NCBI GenBank assembly: GCA_951406725.2
Contig: OX597815.1
Coordinates: forward strand, 31,372,001 to 31,436,000
DNA: 64,000 bases
Reading direction: 5' to 3'
DNA from: Octopus vulgaris
Taxonomy: Eukaryota
The notes under the pieces are model-generated. The model saw only the letters and a list, made by a program, of their open reading frames with translations. It searched no databases and was not told the origin of the DNA. Each line of letters starts with the position of its first letter. The first letter of the stretch is position 1. Below, piece by piece: positions 42,480 through 54,811 of the stretch. The position numbers and the translations under genes are program-made.

Positions 42480-42928
42480 GATACTAGATAGATGTGTATG
42501 CTGGTTGGTCGGTTGGTTGGGAGGTAGACAAATGAGTTAAGATACACAAGACTGATAGACAAGACGCCGCATTGCAGGATAATTAAGAAGATCGCTTTGA
42601 AAACATAAGGTCCAAGTTCGATCCCACTGCGAGTGAGACAGTTGCTTTATTCTACTTGTGCTTATGGTTGTTCCAACACCCGTTAGTGAAATTGAGTTCA
42701 CAGAAACTGTATCTGGGATGATTTTATTGGCAATTCAAGGGTGCAGCCATGTCGTGAAAGGAGCAGGTAATTCAGATGATCAAACTCAAACATCTGAATT
42801 TTTATCGTCGAAACCGACGCAGAACCGTTTATGTAATATATTTATGTGCGTACGTGTTTGTATGTTTATATGAATGTGTGTGTCTGTGCACACACACGCA
42901 GAAATATATACAAACATACGCACGTATA

Positions 42929-43014
<86 letters not shown>

Positions 43015-43015
<1 letters not shown>

Positions 43016-43230
43016 TGGGCCCAGTTTCCCTGGTTTCAATGGCGTATGTGTTCTCCAGCTGGACGGAACGCCAGTCCATCACAGCGTTACTCATTTTTGC
43101 CAGCTGAGTGGACTGGAGCAACGTGAAAATAAGTGTTTTGCTTGACACAACGCGTCGCCCGGTCCAGGAATCGAAACCGCAATCTTACGATCACGATGAT
43201 GACTCCCTAACCACTAAGCCACGCGCCTCC
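43015..43230 (-). mobile_element. tRNA-derived SINE family C variant
   Basis: Minus strand: GGAGGCGCGTGGCTTAGTGGTTAGG...GTTTCGATTCC...GCTCCAGTCCACTCAGCTGGCAAAAATGAGT; 3' part differs from the 39503 copy. Confidence 0.82.
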
Positions 43231-43483
43231 ACATGTGTATATATGTATATGTATATATATTCACACACACACACATATACAGAGAGAAAGAGGAGAGAGA
43301 GGTATATATGTGTGTGTTGTGTGTATATACATGTCGTATTTGTGTGTGTACGCGTGTGTTATACACACATATGATGCATAATCATTATCTCATTATCACC
43401 ATATTTATGCATATTATACAAGAGTCTTCTCTTTTGTTTGAGCTGCCTAAATAACTGTGTGTATGTGGAAGGCTAATGATTAC

Positions 43484-43642
43484 GATTGAAACGTTGCTGA
43501 AACGCCTGTGTCATCTGCATATTTTTCCTTTGGTGATATTGTGAAGATAACTTCAACGTTCAAAGTGACGCCATATTTTTCATGTAATCCTAATTTGGAT
43601 TTTATTACTTGCATGGCAGCCATGTTGAATACAATAGCGAAA
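43484..43642 (-). CDS. Candidate internal exon of a nested antisense gene (FAIVFNMAAMQVIKSKLGLHEKYGVTLNVEVIFTISPKEKYADDTGVSATFQS)
   Basis: Acceptor CATTTTTCAG|, donor |GTAATC, 159 nt (53x3), phase 2-2, open frame, protein-like composition. Family not recognised. Confidence 0.35.
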
Positions 43643-44269
43643 CTGAAAAATGTATTGAAAACACACACACACAAACACACAAAAGACAGCATACGCAGCA
43701 CACATGTTTGTATGCGTTTACGAATGCATTTATAGTCGCATTTGAATATGCCTGCGTTGCAAGCTGTATGTATTTGTGCGTGCAGGTGATTCAAAAACAA
43801 ACGTGTTGATGATAATTGATAGTAGCGAACGCTGTAGATCAAGAGGTATATTGCCATTGTAACAAGTACGTGAGCTGGTTTCGATTCCCAGTTACGCGTA
43901 CGTCGCTCATATTGCCTTCTTTTGCAGCTCATGGGAGCTAATTAGTCATCAACGAATACTTTGAATTTATGAACATTTAAGCAGTTGACTCTAATTAGTA
44001 CGGCTGCGTAATAAAACAAATAATATTTGTTCATTACATGCCAGTGTATGTGTATGTGTGTGTGAGTGTGTGTGTATGTAAGAATGGTAAGAATGTATGT
44101 GTGTGTGAATGTATATGTGTGTGCATGTTGTAGGTAGGTGGATAGGTAGGAATGTGGGTAGATAGAGAGATTGAAAGAGAGAGAGAGAGAGAGAGAGGAC
44201 AGACAGACAGACAAGTGTACCGGGCAGGAATAATCGAATACACAACGACTCGACTCAGATGGTTGTCGG

Positions 44270-44460
44270 TGTGGTTAAATCGTTAGCGGCATTTCGTCCG
44301 TCTTTTACGTTCTGAGTTCAAACTCCACCGGGGTCGAGTTTGCCTTTTATCTTTTTCGGGACCAATTAAATAAATACCAGTTGGATTCTGGGGGTCGGTT
44401 TAATCGACATGACCCCCCACCTCGAAATTACTGGCCTTGTGCCAAAATTTGAAAGCAATA
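44270..44460 (+). mobile_element. SINE family A, short-tail variant
   Basis: CGTTCTGAGTTCAAA...TTTGCCTTTTATC...GGCCTTGTGCCAAAATTTGAAA. Confidence 0.8.
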
Positions 44461-44719
44461 TTCTTTACAGTCGTTTCAATATTGTTCCATTTGTCAGTAA
44501 TCACGTTGCATATGAAAAATTCAGTGTGAAAAATTACGTGATTTCCACACGGAATCAATTACAAGCAATAAGGTAGAAAAAGGAACGGTACAGAAACAAT
44601 TATAAGGAATATTGACGATTTGCTAAATTCAATCTTTGTCTTCTTGCCAATATCATGTATACATATGATTCTTCTTCATATGTACATGTATACCTGGACG
44701 TAAGTCTAGGATGTAGTAA

Positions 44720-44852
44720 GTAGTAAGTAGCTTGCTTACCAACCACATGGTTCCGGGTTCAGTCCCACTAAGTGGCACCTTGGGGCAAGTGTCTTCTACT
44801 ATAGCCTCGGGAGAGGATTTGGTAGACGGAAATTGAAAGCCCGTCGTATATA

Positions 44853-44922
<70 letters not shown>

Positions 44923-45132
44923 GCATGTTTGTGTATCAGTGTTTGTCCACCCTACCATTGCTTGACAACCGACGTTGGTGTGTTCACGTCGCCGTAACTG
45001 AGCGGTTCAACAAAATAGAACGATAGACTAAGTACTAGGCTTACAAAGAATAGTACCTGGGGTCGACTTTGTCCGACCAAAGGCGGTGCTCTAGCATGGC
45101 CGCAGTCCAATGACTGAAACAAATAAAAGAAA
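44720..45132 (+). mobile_element. SINE family B
   Basis: Homologous to 18434-18881. Confidence 0.87.
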
Positions 45133-45446
45133 AGGGATACATATGAATTTAGCTTTGTTTCGTAAATTGAATTCATTCGTAAATCAAAACTCTGAAACTC
45201 TTTTTACTGTGGCTAAACTGATGCAACGCATGGTAGGGTATTTGTCGAGTAGTGTTTTGTTTTTCTATGTCTGTAGTATGTTTTTTTTTCGAGTGGAGGA
45301 GGGGTAATATCGCACGTATGGGAACGCCGCATGCATGCCGGCATATCAAAGCTTACTCTACAGAGATGTAAGTGAAGGATTTTTTTTTATGCAAGCGTTT
45401 ACACATATGTATATAAGACTATAGGATGCTAGACTACCTCACGTGC

Positions 45447-45507
<61 letters not shown>

Positions 45508-45833
45508 CATGCGTAAATTACCATTTGGGAATGTAAATGCTGTTAACTCGTCACCGTGTTCTAAAACGCCTTTATAAAAATCTCTGCAACCCAAACACCC
45601 TATCTAACAATTCCAGCACCCCTTTCCTCTTTCTTTCTCTCTTTTTATCTCCCTCTTTCTTTCTCTCTCTTCGTCTCTCTCTTTCTCTCTCCCTCTCTCT
45701 CTATTTCTCAATTTCTCCCCCCACTCTCTCTCTTACTTTTATTCATACACTAAAACATTGTTCTAACAATCTGTGGGGCTTGCATGTACCTTTAAGTATA
45801 TGAACTGCTTGCTTAGATTTATATATATGTGTG

Positions 45834-45897
<64 letters not shown>

Positions 45898-46201
45898 AAA
45901 AAGGGAGAGAGAAAGAGAGAGTTTTGTCTGTGTGAATATACGTATGTGAGTGCATGCATATTCACGTATGCGCATACATACACCTACCTACATGCATATA
46001 CATACATATATATGTGTGTGTGTGCGTGTGTGCGTGCGTTTGTCTGTGTGCATCTATAGATACGTATATGCACATATATGTATATGTATGCATATACGTA
46101 TATAACGGATACACACACACACGCATGTATATATATATATGCATGCAATTATTTATATGTACACATACACAGGCACGCTCTCACTCTCTCTCTCTCTCTC
46201 G

Positions 46202-46235
<34 letters not shown>

Positions 46236-46597
46236 TACACACACTTAAAGCACCATCTGGTTAAGCTATTCTTGCTGTAGTATTTGGCTCAATGATTCCA
46301 TTGATATCAACAATTCGTGGTGGAATTCTATACACTTTCTGTATTCCAAACATTTTATTTTATTTCTTTATATTTCTATCTATTTATTCGTCTCTGACAA
46401 AAAAAAAAAGAAAGACAAAAAGAAACAACAACAAAAAAAACAAAAACAAAGAATCATGTCAGTATTCCATCTAAAAAGCCTTGGCTGTTTACTTCTGGTT
46501 TCTAAATATTATAACGTGGTCTTCATCTCTCTTCTGAGAGTCATCACATTTGATTTTACGATGTTGTTCGTACAGAGAAATAACCTCAATATATACA

Positions 46598-46639
<42 letters not shown>

Positions 46640-47474
46640 GGGAGAGAGAGAGATTACATACAGCCTTTTCTCTGTCTCCTACTCTCTCTCTCTCACACTC
46701 TTTTCCCTCTCTATCTTTCACTCTGCCACCTCTATCTCTCTTTCTCTCTCAAACGAACAATCCCAGACAAAGCCTAAAGCGGCGTATGTAATTTTTATAA
46801 GAATGTCCGCTTCTCTTCATATATATAAATAAACCTGCATAATTTATAATGTATTATATGTATGTGCTACAGTAATTATGCTTGTCGTACATGTTTAAGC
46901 AGTTTAAGTGTTTAAGTATGTAATATTTATGCGTATATGAGTATGTATAAATATTATATAACGTAATATATAATATATATTTATTTATATGAGTGAGTGT
47001 ATGTGTGTGTGTTTTCAAATAGACTTTTCACTAAAAAAAAAATATATAGAAATATGCTAAAATATAAACCACACAATAGGTTTATATTTTCATTTGTTTG
47101 TTTAGACCCCTGTATTATTTAGATCGACGGGAAAAAAACCTTTTTGCGATGGTTTCACTTTGGTTACATGTATGGGGCTCGGAATGGCGCGCGTATGTGT
47201 GTATGGGAGCCGGGGGTGGCGTGCATATGCGTGTGTGTGTGCTTGTGTGTGTGTGTATATGTGTCTGTGTATGTATGTGTATGGAGAAAGAGAGAGAGAG
47301 AGAAAGAGAAAGAGAGACAGATAAAGGTAGGGAAAGACGTAACTCAGTATGGGCTTCTATATATTATGCATATGGGCTTATTAATCGTGTGTATTTCAAT
47401 GAATGAATCAATGAATGTATGTGCGTGTGTATGTGTATATATGTGTGTGTGTCAGTGTGTGCTTATAAATTAAT

Positions 47475-47517
<43 letters not shown>

Positions 47518-48458
47518 TTCATTTATCGCTGCATCAAAACATAGCTATGCTTTAGAAGTTTTATACGGCGACAGAATGTGAGCAGATGTGACATTCATTT
47601 TGTTTCATTTCATCTATTATAAGTGTTAAATATAATGATGAAAAAATTATGACGATGTTGACGATGGACACGGTGGTGATAGTGATGATGATGATGCTGA
47701 TGATGCTGATGGTGAAATTAAAAAAAAAAAGACCAAATTGCCCACTTTTCATTTAAGTCCGCCAACGGTGCTGAATGTCGCCCGAAGGCGCGAAAAAATA
47801 GAAAATAAGAAAAAAAAGATAGAAGCGGAACGAACACAAATAAACAAAGAAAAATAGAATCATGAAGCCACGTGGCAGTTGTATTTCCTCTAACTGCAAT
47901 TATTTCTTCATTTAATGTCATAAAGCTGGGCAATTATTTGTCATCGAGTGCACTGCTTGTTAATATTATCACGTCTGCTCACTGAAGTTCTTTTTGGTCT
48001 TAGCCGAAGTTTATTTGCTCTCTTTCTCTTTCCTCCCCGTCTTTGTTTTCTGTCCATATCTTTTTATTTACCTATCTCTCTAGTTTTCCCGCTTTTCCTG
48101 ATTTTCAATTTTCTTTTTTGATTAGTTTATTATTTATTTTTCCTTTCATATTTTTCTCCGCTTACTCACGTCGTGTCCAAAAACGTTATGTCCTTAGTGT
48201 AGTGATTTGCGATTAGAAAAATGATTGACAGTTATTTATTTATTTCATTTTGCTAACTAATACTTGCGTACATCACATGAAATAGGTGAGGCAAAGCCCT
48301 GTTTATTTTGGTTTGTATGAGCCTTGCTGCTGCTGCTGTTGTTTGTCAACTAGTTATGATTCTTGCTGAAATAGTTTTCATGGAAAAATAAAGAAAGTAT
48401 TAATATGTGTCAAAAAGTTATGTACTTACTACACACGTAGACATACACACACTCACAA

Positions 48459-48506
<48 letters not shown>

Positions 48507-48598
48507 GATAAAAATGGTAAGACAACAAAAGAAAGAAAGAGACCTCGATATTATATAAATAGAGAAATTTGTCTGTAAATGTAATATGTGACAATTAT

Positions 48599-48682
48599 TC
48601 GGTAGCCATGATAAAACTCCGAGTTTCGGGTGCTGAGGTGGAAAGCCATGTCACTATCTCTTCTTCAGTTATCCGGCCATCG
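48599..48682 (-). ncRNA. Degenerate type I hammerhead ribozyme motif (Penelope-like element end)
   Basis: Minus strand: GATAA-CTGAAGA-...-GAAA-CTCGGAG-TT-TTATC; stem I GATAA/TTATC extends via CGATGGCC/GGCTACCG; stem II poorly paired. Confidence 0.5.
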
Positions 48683-48693
48683 GAAAAATGCTA

Positions 48694-48759
<66 letters not shown>

Positions 48760-48963
48760 ATGTGTGTGTCTTTTTTACCATAGAGCCCTATGAACGAAAT
48801 TGGAATTGGATAGAATCTTTGAAACCTTTATGATAACTGTCTTAAAAACTGATATTACAAATGCGATTACAAATGATTAATTGTCGCTTCTGTGTTTTCA
48901 TACGAGCATTTCAGAATGAAAATGGGGTCTTCTCGAGTTATGTATGTAATGGTATTCACGGAA

Positions 48964-49195
48964 GGCGGCGAGCTGGCAGAATCGTTAGCACGCCGGGCGA
49001 AATTCTTAGCAGTATTTCGTCTGCCGCTACGTTCTGAGTTCAAATTCCGCCGAGGTCGACTTTGCCTTTCATCCTTTCGGGGTCGATTAAATAAGTACCA
49101 GTTACGCACTGGGGTCGATATAATCGACTTAATCCGTTTGTCTGTCCTTGTTTGTCCTCTCTGTGTTTAGCCCCTTGTGGGTAGTAAAGAAATAG
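48964..49195 (+). mobile_element. SINE family A, long-tail variant, young copy
   Basis: Complete head, core and tail; 13-bp TSD GGTATTCACGGAA on both sides. Confidence 0.92.
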
Positions 49196-49802
49196 GTATT
49201 CACGGAATCATACAAACATCGTTAGTTAATACCTCACTTAGTTAATACCACACTCCTGCACGGAAAGACATTTAACAATTGACTTGTGCGATGTACTGTA
49301 GAGGTTATGTCTCTAGTATTGTACGGCTTGTGTCGCTTGTTTCTTGCTGGTTGCATTCTGTAGATTGTATCGGTTGTGCTGGATGTGTGTTGTTAGCTGT
49401 GATGTGTTGAGTTTGTTGTGTTGCATCGTGTGGATTATGTTGCGTGGCTTGTGTTATGTTATTTATGTTAGTTGTATTGTATAGATTGTGTTGTTTGTGT
49501 TATGTGAGTTGTGTTGTGATAATTGTCTTGTGTTAGTTGAGTTAGTAGTGTTACATTGCTCGGTTTGTGTTGCATGGCTTGTGTTATATATATATATATT
49601 GATGATGTGTGTATTTTTCCCTTGTTAACAATTAACACGGAAAAAATATATATAAATAGTTACCAGGGTGGCAAAAAATCACGCAAGTAAAAAAAAGTTG
49701 TTACTCCTTGTTTTTAAAGGTAGAAACTTCGGGCTTACGTGAAATATTTTGTATAATATATAATAAGTAAATAAATGGAATTAAACGCAGGTGTTATTTA
49801 AA

Positions 49803-49902
49803 TTCCTTTACTTCCGACACATATTTCGAAGATATCACTGGTATCATTCCAAAGGAATAAAATGATGTAAAACAATGTCATCTCTTCAGGGAAGTGAAGA
49901 AA
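49803..49902 (-). ncRNA. Degenerate type I hammerhead ribozyme motif (Penelope-like element end)
   Basis: Minus strand: TTTCTTCACTTCC-CTGAAGA-GATGACATTG...CAGTGATATC-TTC-GAAA-TATGTG-TC-GGAAGTAAAGGAA; stem I 12/13 pairs, stem II 9/10 pairs, GUC cleavage triplet. Confidence 0.6.
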
Positions 49903-50090
49903 TGAAACTCATGTATAAGACATTTTAACAGGAATCATCTCAAACACATTCAAATCTGAAGAGTCTACTAGAGTAGATGCAAGCGCTAGTATATGATTTA
50001 TATAAACATGTGACATATTAATAAAAATCTGTAAATACAAAACCATCCAGATTTCTGAGTACCTTATTTCTTCTAATATATATATATATG

Positions 50091-50951
50091 CTCCACTTGG
50101 ACACGCATTTCCACTCATTGGTAGATGGCAGTATGTTGATTTTGAAATGGCGGTGGAATTGCTTTTACGAAGACCATAGTGTATGAGAAGTAAAGGTCTG
50201 TTACGTCAGTTGTGATCTGTGTGGGTTCGGTTGTATTGTGATGTATTGTGTTATATTGCATGTTGCATATGTTGTGCTGTATGTATATTGTGTTGTGTAT
50301 GTTGTGTGGTTGGCAATGTTTATATGTTCTCTGCATTCCAGCTGTAAATCTGATGTTGCATAACCTCGCATGCAAATACTCGCAAACTTAGTATAATGCA
50401 TGGTTATGTATATTAATTATTGTTTATATGTATAAATATATGTATGCAAATCTCAACGGAAGATCATATACATACGTGTGTGTGTGTTTGTGTGTGTGTC
50501 TGAGTCTGTATGTGTGTGTGTGTGTGTGTATTGGTGTGTATGATGTATGTATACTTAGTTCTTTATAAACGTTTATCAATGTATTCACAGGAGTGAGTCG
50601 CGGTTTAGTTTTTCAATACTTGGATGAAAGAAGAGTTGTACCCATAGTCTTATCTAACACTTCTAGACAGTGACATAAAGGGAAAGGTGTTTGTATATTT
50701 GTGCATATGTATGCGGGTGCATAAGTGTATGTGTGTGTGTGTGTTTGGGAGTGTCCATGTGAGTCTATCTGTGTGTGCCTGTATGGTTGCACATGCATGC
50801 ACGTGTTTCTGAAATTTTGCGCTGATTATCAGGGCAATGTTCAAAGGCTGTAATCATCATTATTATTATGCTTTCTTTTCTTTCATCTTCGCCGGCTAAC
50901 AAACAGCCTATTTTCAAATTAATGCATTACAAACTATATATACATATATCT

Positions 50952-50998
<47 letters not shown>

Positions 50999-51133
50999 GG
51001 CACATCAAACATCACAGACAGACAGCCCTATACTTCTCATACACTATGGTCTTCGGTAAAAGCAATTCCGCCACCGTTTCAAATTCAACATACTGCCGAC
51101 TACTAATGAGTGGAAATTCGTGTCCAAGTGGTG
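50091..51133. mobile_element. Long inverted repeat pair (~108-bp arms); possible fold-back / long-TIR element
   Basis: 50093-50200 (CCACTTGGACACG...GAAGACCATAGTGTATGAGAAGTA) is a close reverse complement of 51022-51131. Confidence 0.7.
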
Positions 51134-51185
51134 TATTTAAAGATCACATCACTTGTGCCAGTCGCTTCTGTTCTTCTGCCAATTC

Positions 51186-51220
<35 letters not shown>

Positions 51221-52059
51221 TCATTTTCTATAAGTATTGTTTCTTTTCTTTCTATGATGCTCTTTAACCAGAACTTCTCAGACACGTTACAATCTTTTTA
51301 AACTTTTCGAAGAGTTGGTGATGCTAAATAATGAATACCCTTCCCCCTTCACACAAGCACACACATACACATACGTATACATAAACACACTCAAGGATTA
51401 GACATATTTCCAACCTACTCCTGAACCACTCCCATATCTATCCCCACTTCTAACACCGTCTTCTCCCATGATGAACGTCACAAACACAGTCTCTCTTTCT
51501 CTTTCTCTTTCACTCCTCCCTCTCTCTCTCTCTCTCACTTTCAAACTTCGCCTCTATTTTTACTTGACATCCCATTGTCTTCGAGATCATGATCTCATCT
51601 AACCTGCCACTGTCCATTGACTAGATGCCACTATCCATCACTTGCCCTCCCCCAAAGCGCTGTAGTTCTCTCCCCTCATTCATCCGCACAAAGAACACTC
51701 CCCCTTGGCTCTTGCAACAACATTTTCAGTCACATGACACGCGCTCAATCATAAATGAACATAATGTCGGCTGCTCTGCTTTGACCCTTGCCTTCAATAC
51801 GCCTCCAACTACTGAGTATTTTCACTTGATGAAATGACAATATGTAGGCCACACTCCGGTGAAAAGAATAATCATACATACATACTAACCTACCTTCATA
51901 CATGGATACGTACATACATAATATATATATATACATCTATGTATGTATGTATGTATGTATGTATGTATGTATGTATGTATGTATGTATGTATGGGCATAC
52001 AGATATCTGTGTGCGAATGGGTTTATATACGTACGAGCAAAAAGGACACAGTAGTTAAT

Positions 52060-52275
52060 TATAATCCTTTCTACTATAGGCACAAGGCCTAAAACTTTGG
52101 TGGGAGTAGGCTAGTCGTTTACATCGACTCCAGTACACAACTGGTACTTAATTTATCGACCCCGAAAGGATGAAAACCAAAGTCGACCCCGACAGAATTT
52201 GAACTCAGAGCATAAAGACGGACGAAAATGCCACTAAACGTTTTGTCCGGCGTGCTAACGATTTTGCCCTCTCAA
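52060..52275 (-). mobile_element. SINE family A, short-tail variant
   Basis: GGTACTTAATTTATCGACCCCGAAAGGATGAAA...TTTGAACTCAG...CGGCGTGCTAACGATT. Confidence 0.87.
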
Positions 52276-52925
52276 TGACAATAATAATAATAATAACAAC
52301 AATAAAATGCTAATTGCAATAAATTTTTCACCGTTGTTACTCTGAGTCGAGCGAGACTGCTTTCGAAATGAATAGGTTAAATCATAAATCACAGACTGAC
52401 ACAGGTGTTATGTATTTGATAAATCCGAGGCAGAAGAGAAAGTGAAGAGTCAAGGAATATAAAGAGAAGATATATAGTGTAAAAGGAATATGTAGCAGGG
52501 GATAAATAGACCGCTAAGCAGGCGGACAGCGGATGCAATTAGCTACGATGGAGTTTTGAAGAAAGGATGTATTTATTAGGGGGGAGTGTTAAAGCGGATA
52601 AAACGTGAAAGATTTGGAATAACTGAGGCAGAGAAGGGAAAAGGTACTGAGTTATTTGCAATCAAGTGGGCATGATTTGATATTGGCACAGTTGCATTGG
52701 TTAAATACCGGAAGCCTGCTGCTCTTTTGTTGTTGTCTGAAACCAAGTTCTTCGTGTTCCTAGCACAGCTGTTTCCAACCAGAAAGTTCTGGTTAAATAT
52801 TTCATGAAACGTACAGCTGTTATAGCAACATCGGTAATTTGGATTCTGGCATCAACAGAATAATTCATGCCAGCAGGAGCCTTGTGGTATTTACCCAGTG
52901 GAATTGTACATGCATACACATACAG

Positions 52926-52978
<53 letters not shown>

Positions 52979-54429
52979 GCTTATATGTATCAGCGTATGT
53001 AGGTACATAATTGCAAACATAGATGTGTAGTTAAATAATTCGCTTCACGACTACTTGGTTCGATACTGGTGCGCGCCATATTGGACAAGTGGTTTGTTCT
53101 GTGGTCTCGAGTGAACCAGTAATCCTGTGAGTGATATTTACTAAACTGAAGCTGTACAGAAGCTTGTCGTGGATGTGTACATGTACGTGTGTACGTGTGT
53201 GTGTGTGTGTGAGTTTAGATGATTGACATGACACTGCGAGTTAAGCATTAATCCTGTTTTCCTTTATGTTTGTAATCAATTACAATGATGACGACAAATA
53301 ACAGTACACGCCCACTACGGTTTGTACATAAGAGAACGGTGTAGTCGATGACAACGGGCCCGTATATGGCTGCTGCAATAATTTTATCGACCCTAGAGTG
53401 GTGAAAGCAAAGTTAGGCGCAACAAGATTTGAGCTGAAAGTTTGAGAGGCTATAATAAAAAATAACATAATTAGTGATCAAAACGTTTATGTAGAAGCTG
53501 TAGGGTAGGTGATTTGATTATTTCTGTATTACTTAATAAATCTATGTTAATCTAAGTCGGCAAATAATTTGTTCGGAACAATAACTGACATGGAAATAAT
53601 CTCGGAGAACAAAGGATGAAATCTAACTCGATTGAAATCGTGTTACTTCGGTTGTTGTATACTTTCCTCTATGGCTTTATAAGCCTCAATTTTTTAGCCA
53701 TTATCTTTTAGACTCCTACTAATCTTGTATTATGAAAGTATCTTACAGAGTAGAATATAATGTTTTATGCTTTGTGGAAGTAAAGTCGTCTAACGTTTCA
53801 GATGTTTGCTTTTTTGCAAAAAAAATACAGATCTTAACACTATGATGTACATTCGTGGTTTGTGTGTCTCAGTGGTAAGATTTTAATTTTTGGTTCCTCG
53901 AAGGGCTTCCAAAGTTAGCATATTTCTCATCTTCTTCACATCATAAAACATATTCAAACGCTTAAATGATTAGTTCTTATTATCTGCCGACGAAGAACTT
54001 ACACTGGGTTACACATATAATATAACATATAGGTTGTCAGACGGGGAACTCTCAGTTCGATAGCCATCAGTGAGTGAGCTGTTCTTTTCCGATCTCATAT
54101 TGCGAGTGTTTACAATATCCTATATATATATATATATATATATAACCTTCATTGATATAATCTGTTTGCTTATCTTAGTAAAAGAGGGAGTATGAGGTGG
54201 TACGGGAAGAGACAGAGAGACTGTAGGCGAAGGAAGGAGAACAGAAGAGAGAAAAGAAGACAGAAAGAGCTAGAAGCTCTCGGTGAGAGAGAACGAAATA
54301 ATGAATGAGATTGTGAAAGAGAAGTGAGACAGAAACTGAGAAGAGTAATATATTTATGCACAACACACATAAATACACACACGCACACATGCGTAAATAC
54401 ATACATGCATATGCGTAAATAAATACATA

Positions 54430-54469
54430 CATGCATATATGTATATATATATATGCAATATACTGTATG

Positions 54470-54508
<39 letters not shown>

Positions 54509-54565
54509 GTATATGTATATATGTATGTATATATCTATGTACATGTATATGTGTATGTATATATC

Positions 54566-54614
<49 letters not shown>

Positions 54615-54758
54615 ATGTATGTATATCTATGTATATATATATATGTATATATATATATGTTTATATATGTATATGTATGTATATATATGTATATGTATGT
54701 ATATATATGTATATGTATGTATATATATGTATATGTATGTATATATATGTATATGTAT

Positions 54759-54810
<52 letters not shown>
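54430..54810. repeat. Compound (TA)n/(TATG)n microsatellite
   Basis: Read directly. Confidence 0.95.

Positions 54811-54811
<1 letters not shown>

Noticed and set aside
51560-52700. C-rich and G-rich stretches suggestive of old LINE remnants
   Set aside because: Too decayed to give diagnostic motifs.
53985-54078. Third hammerhead-like layout (CCGACGA-AGAACT...AGTTC-GATA)
   Set aside because: Both catalytic boxes mutated and stem I not convincing.
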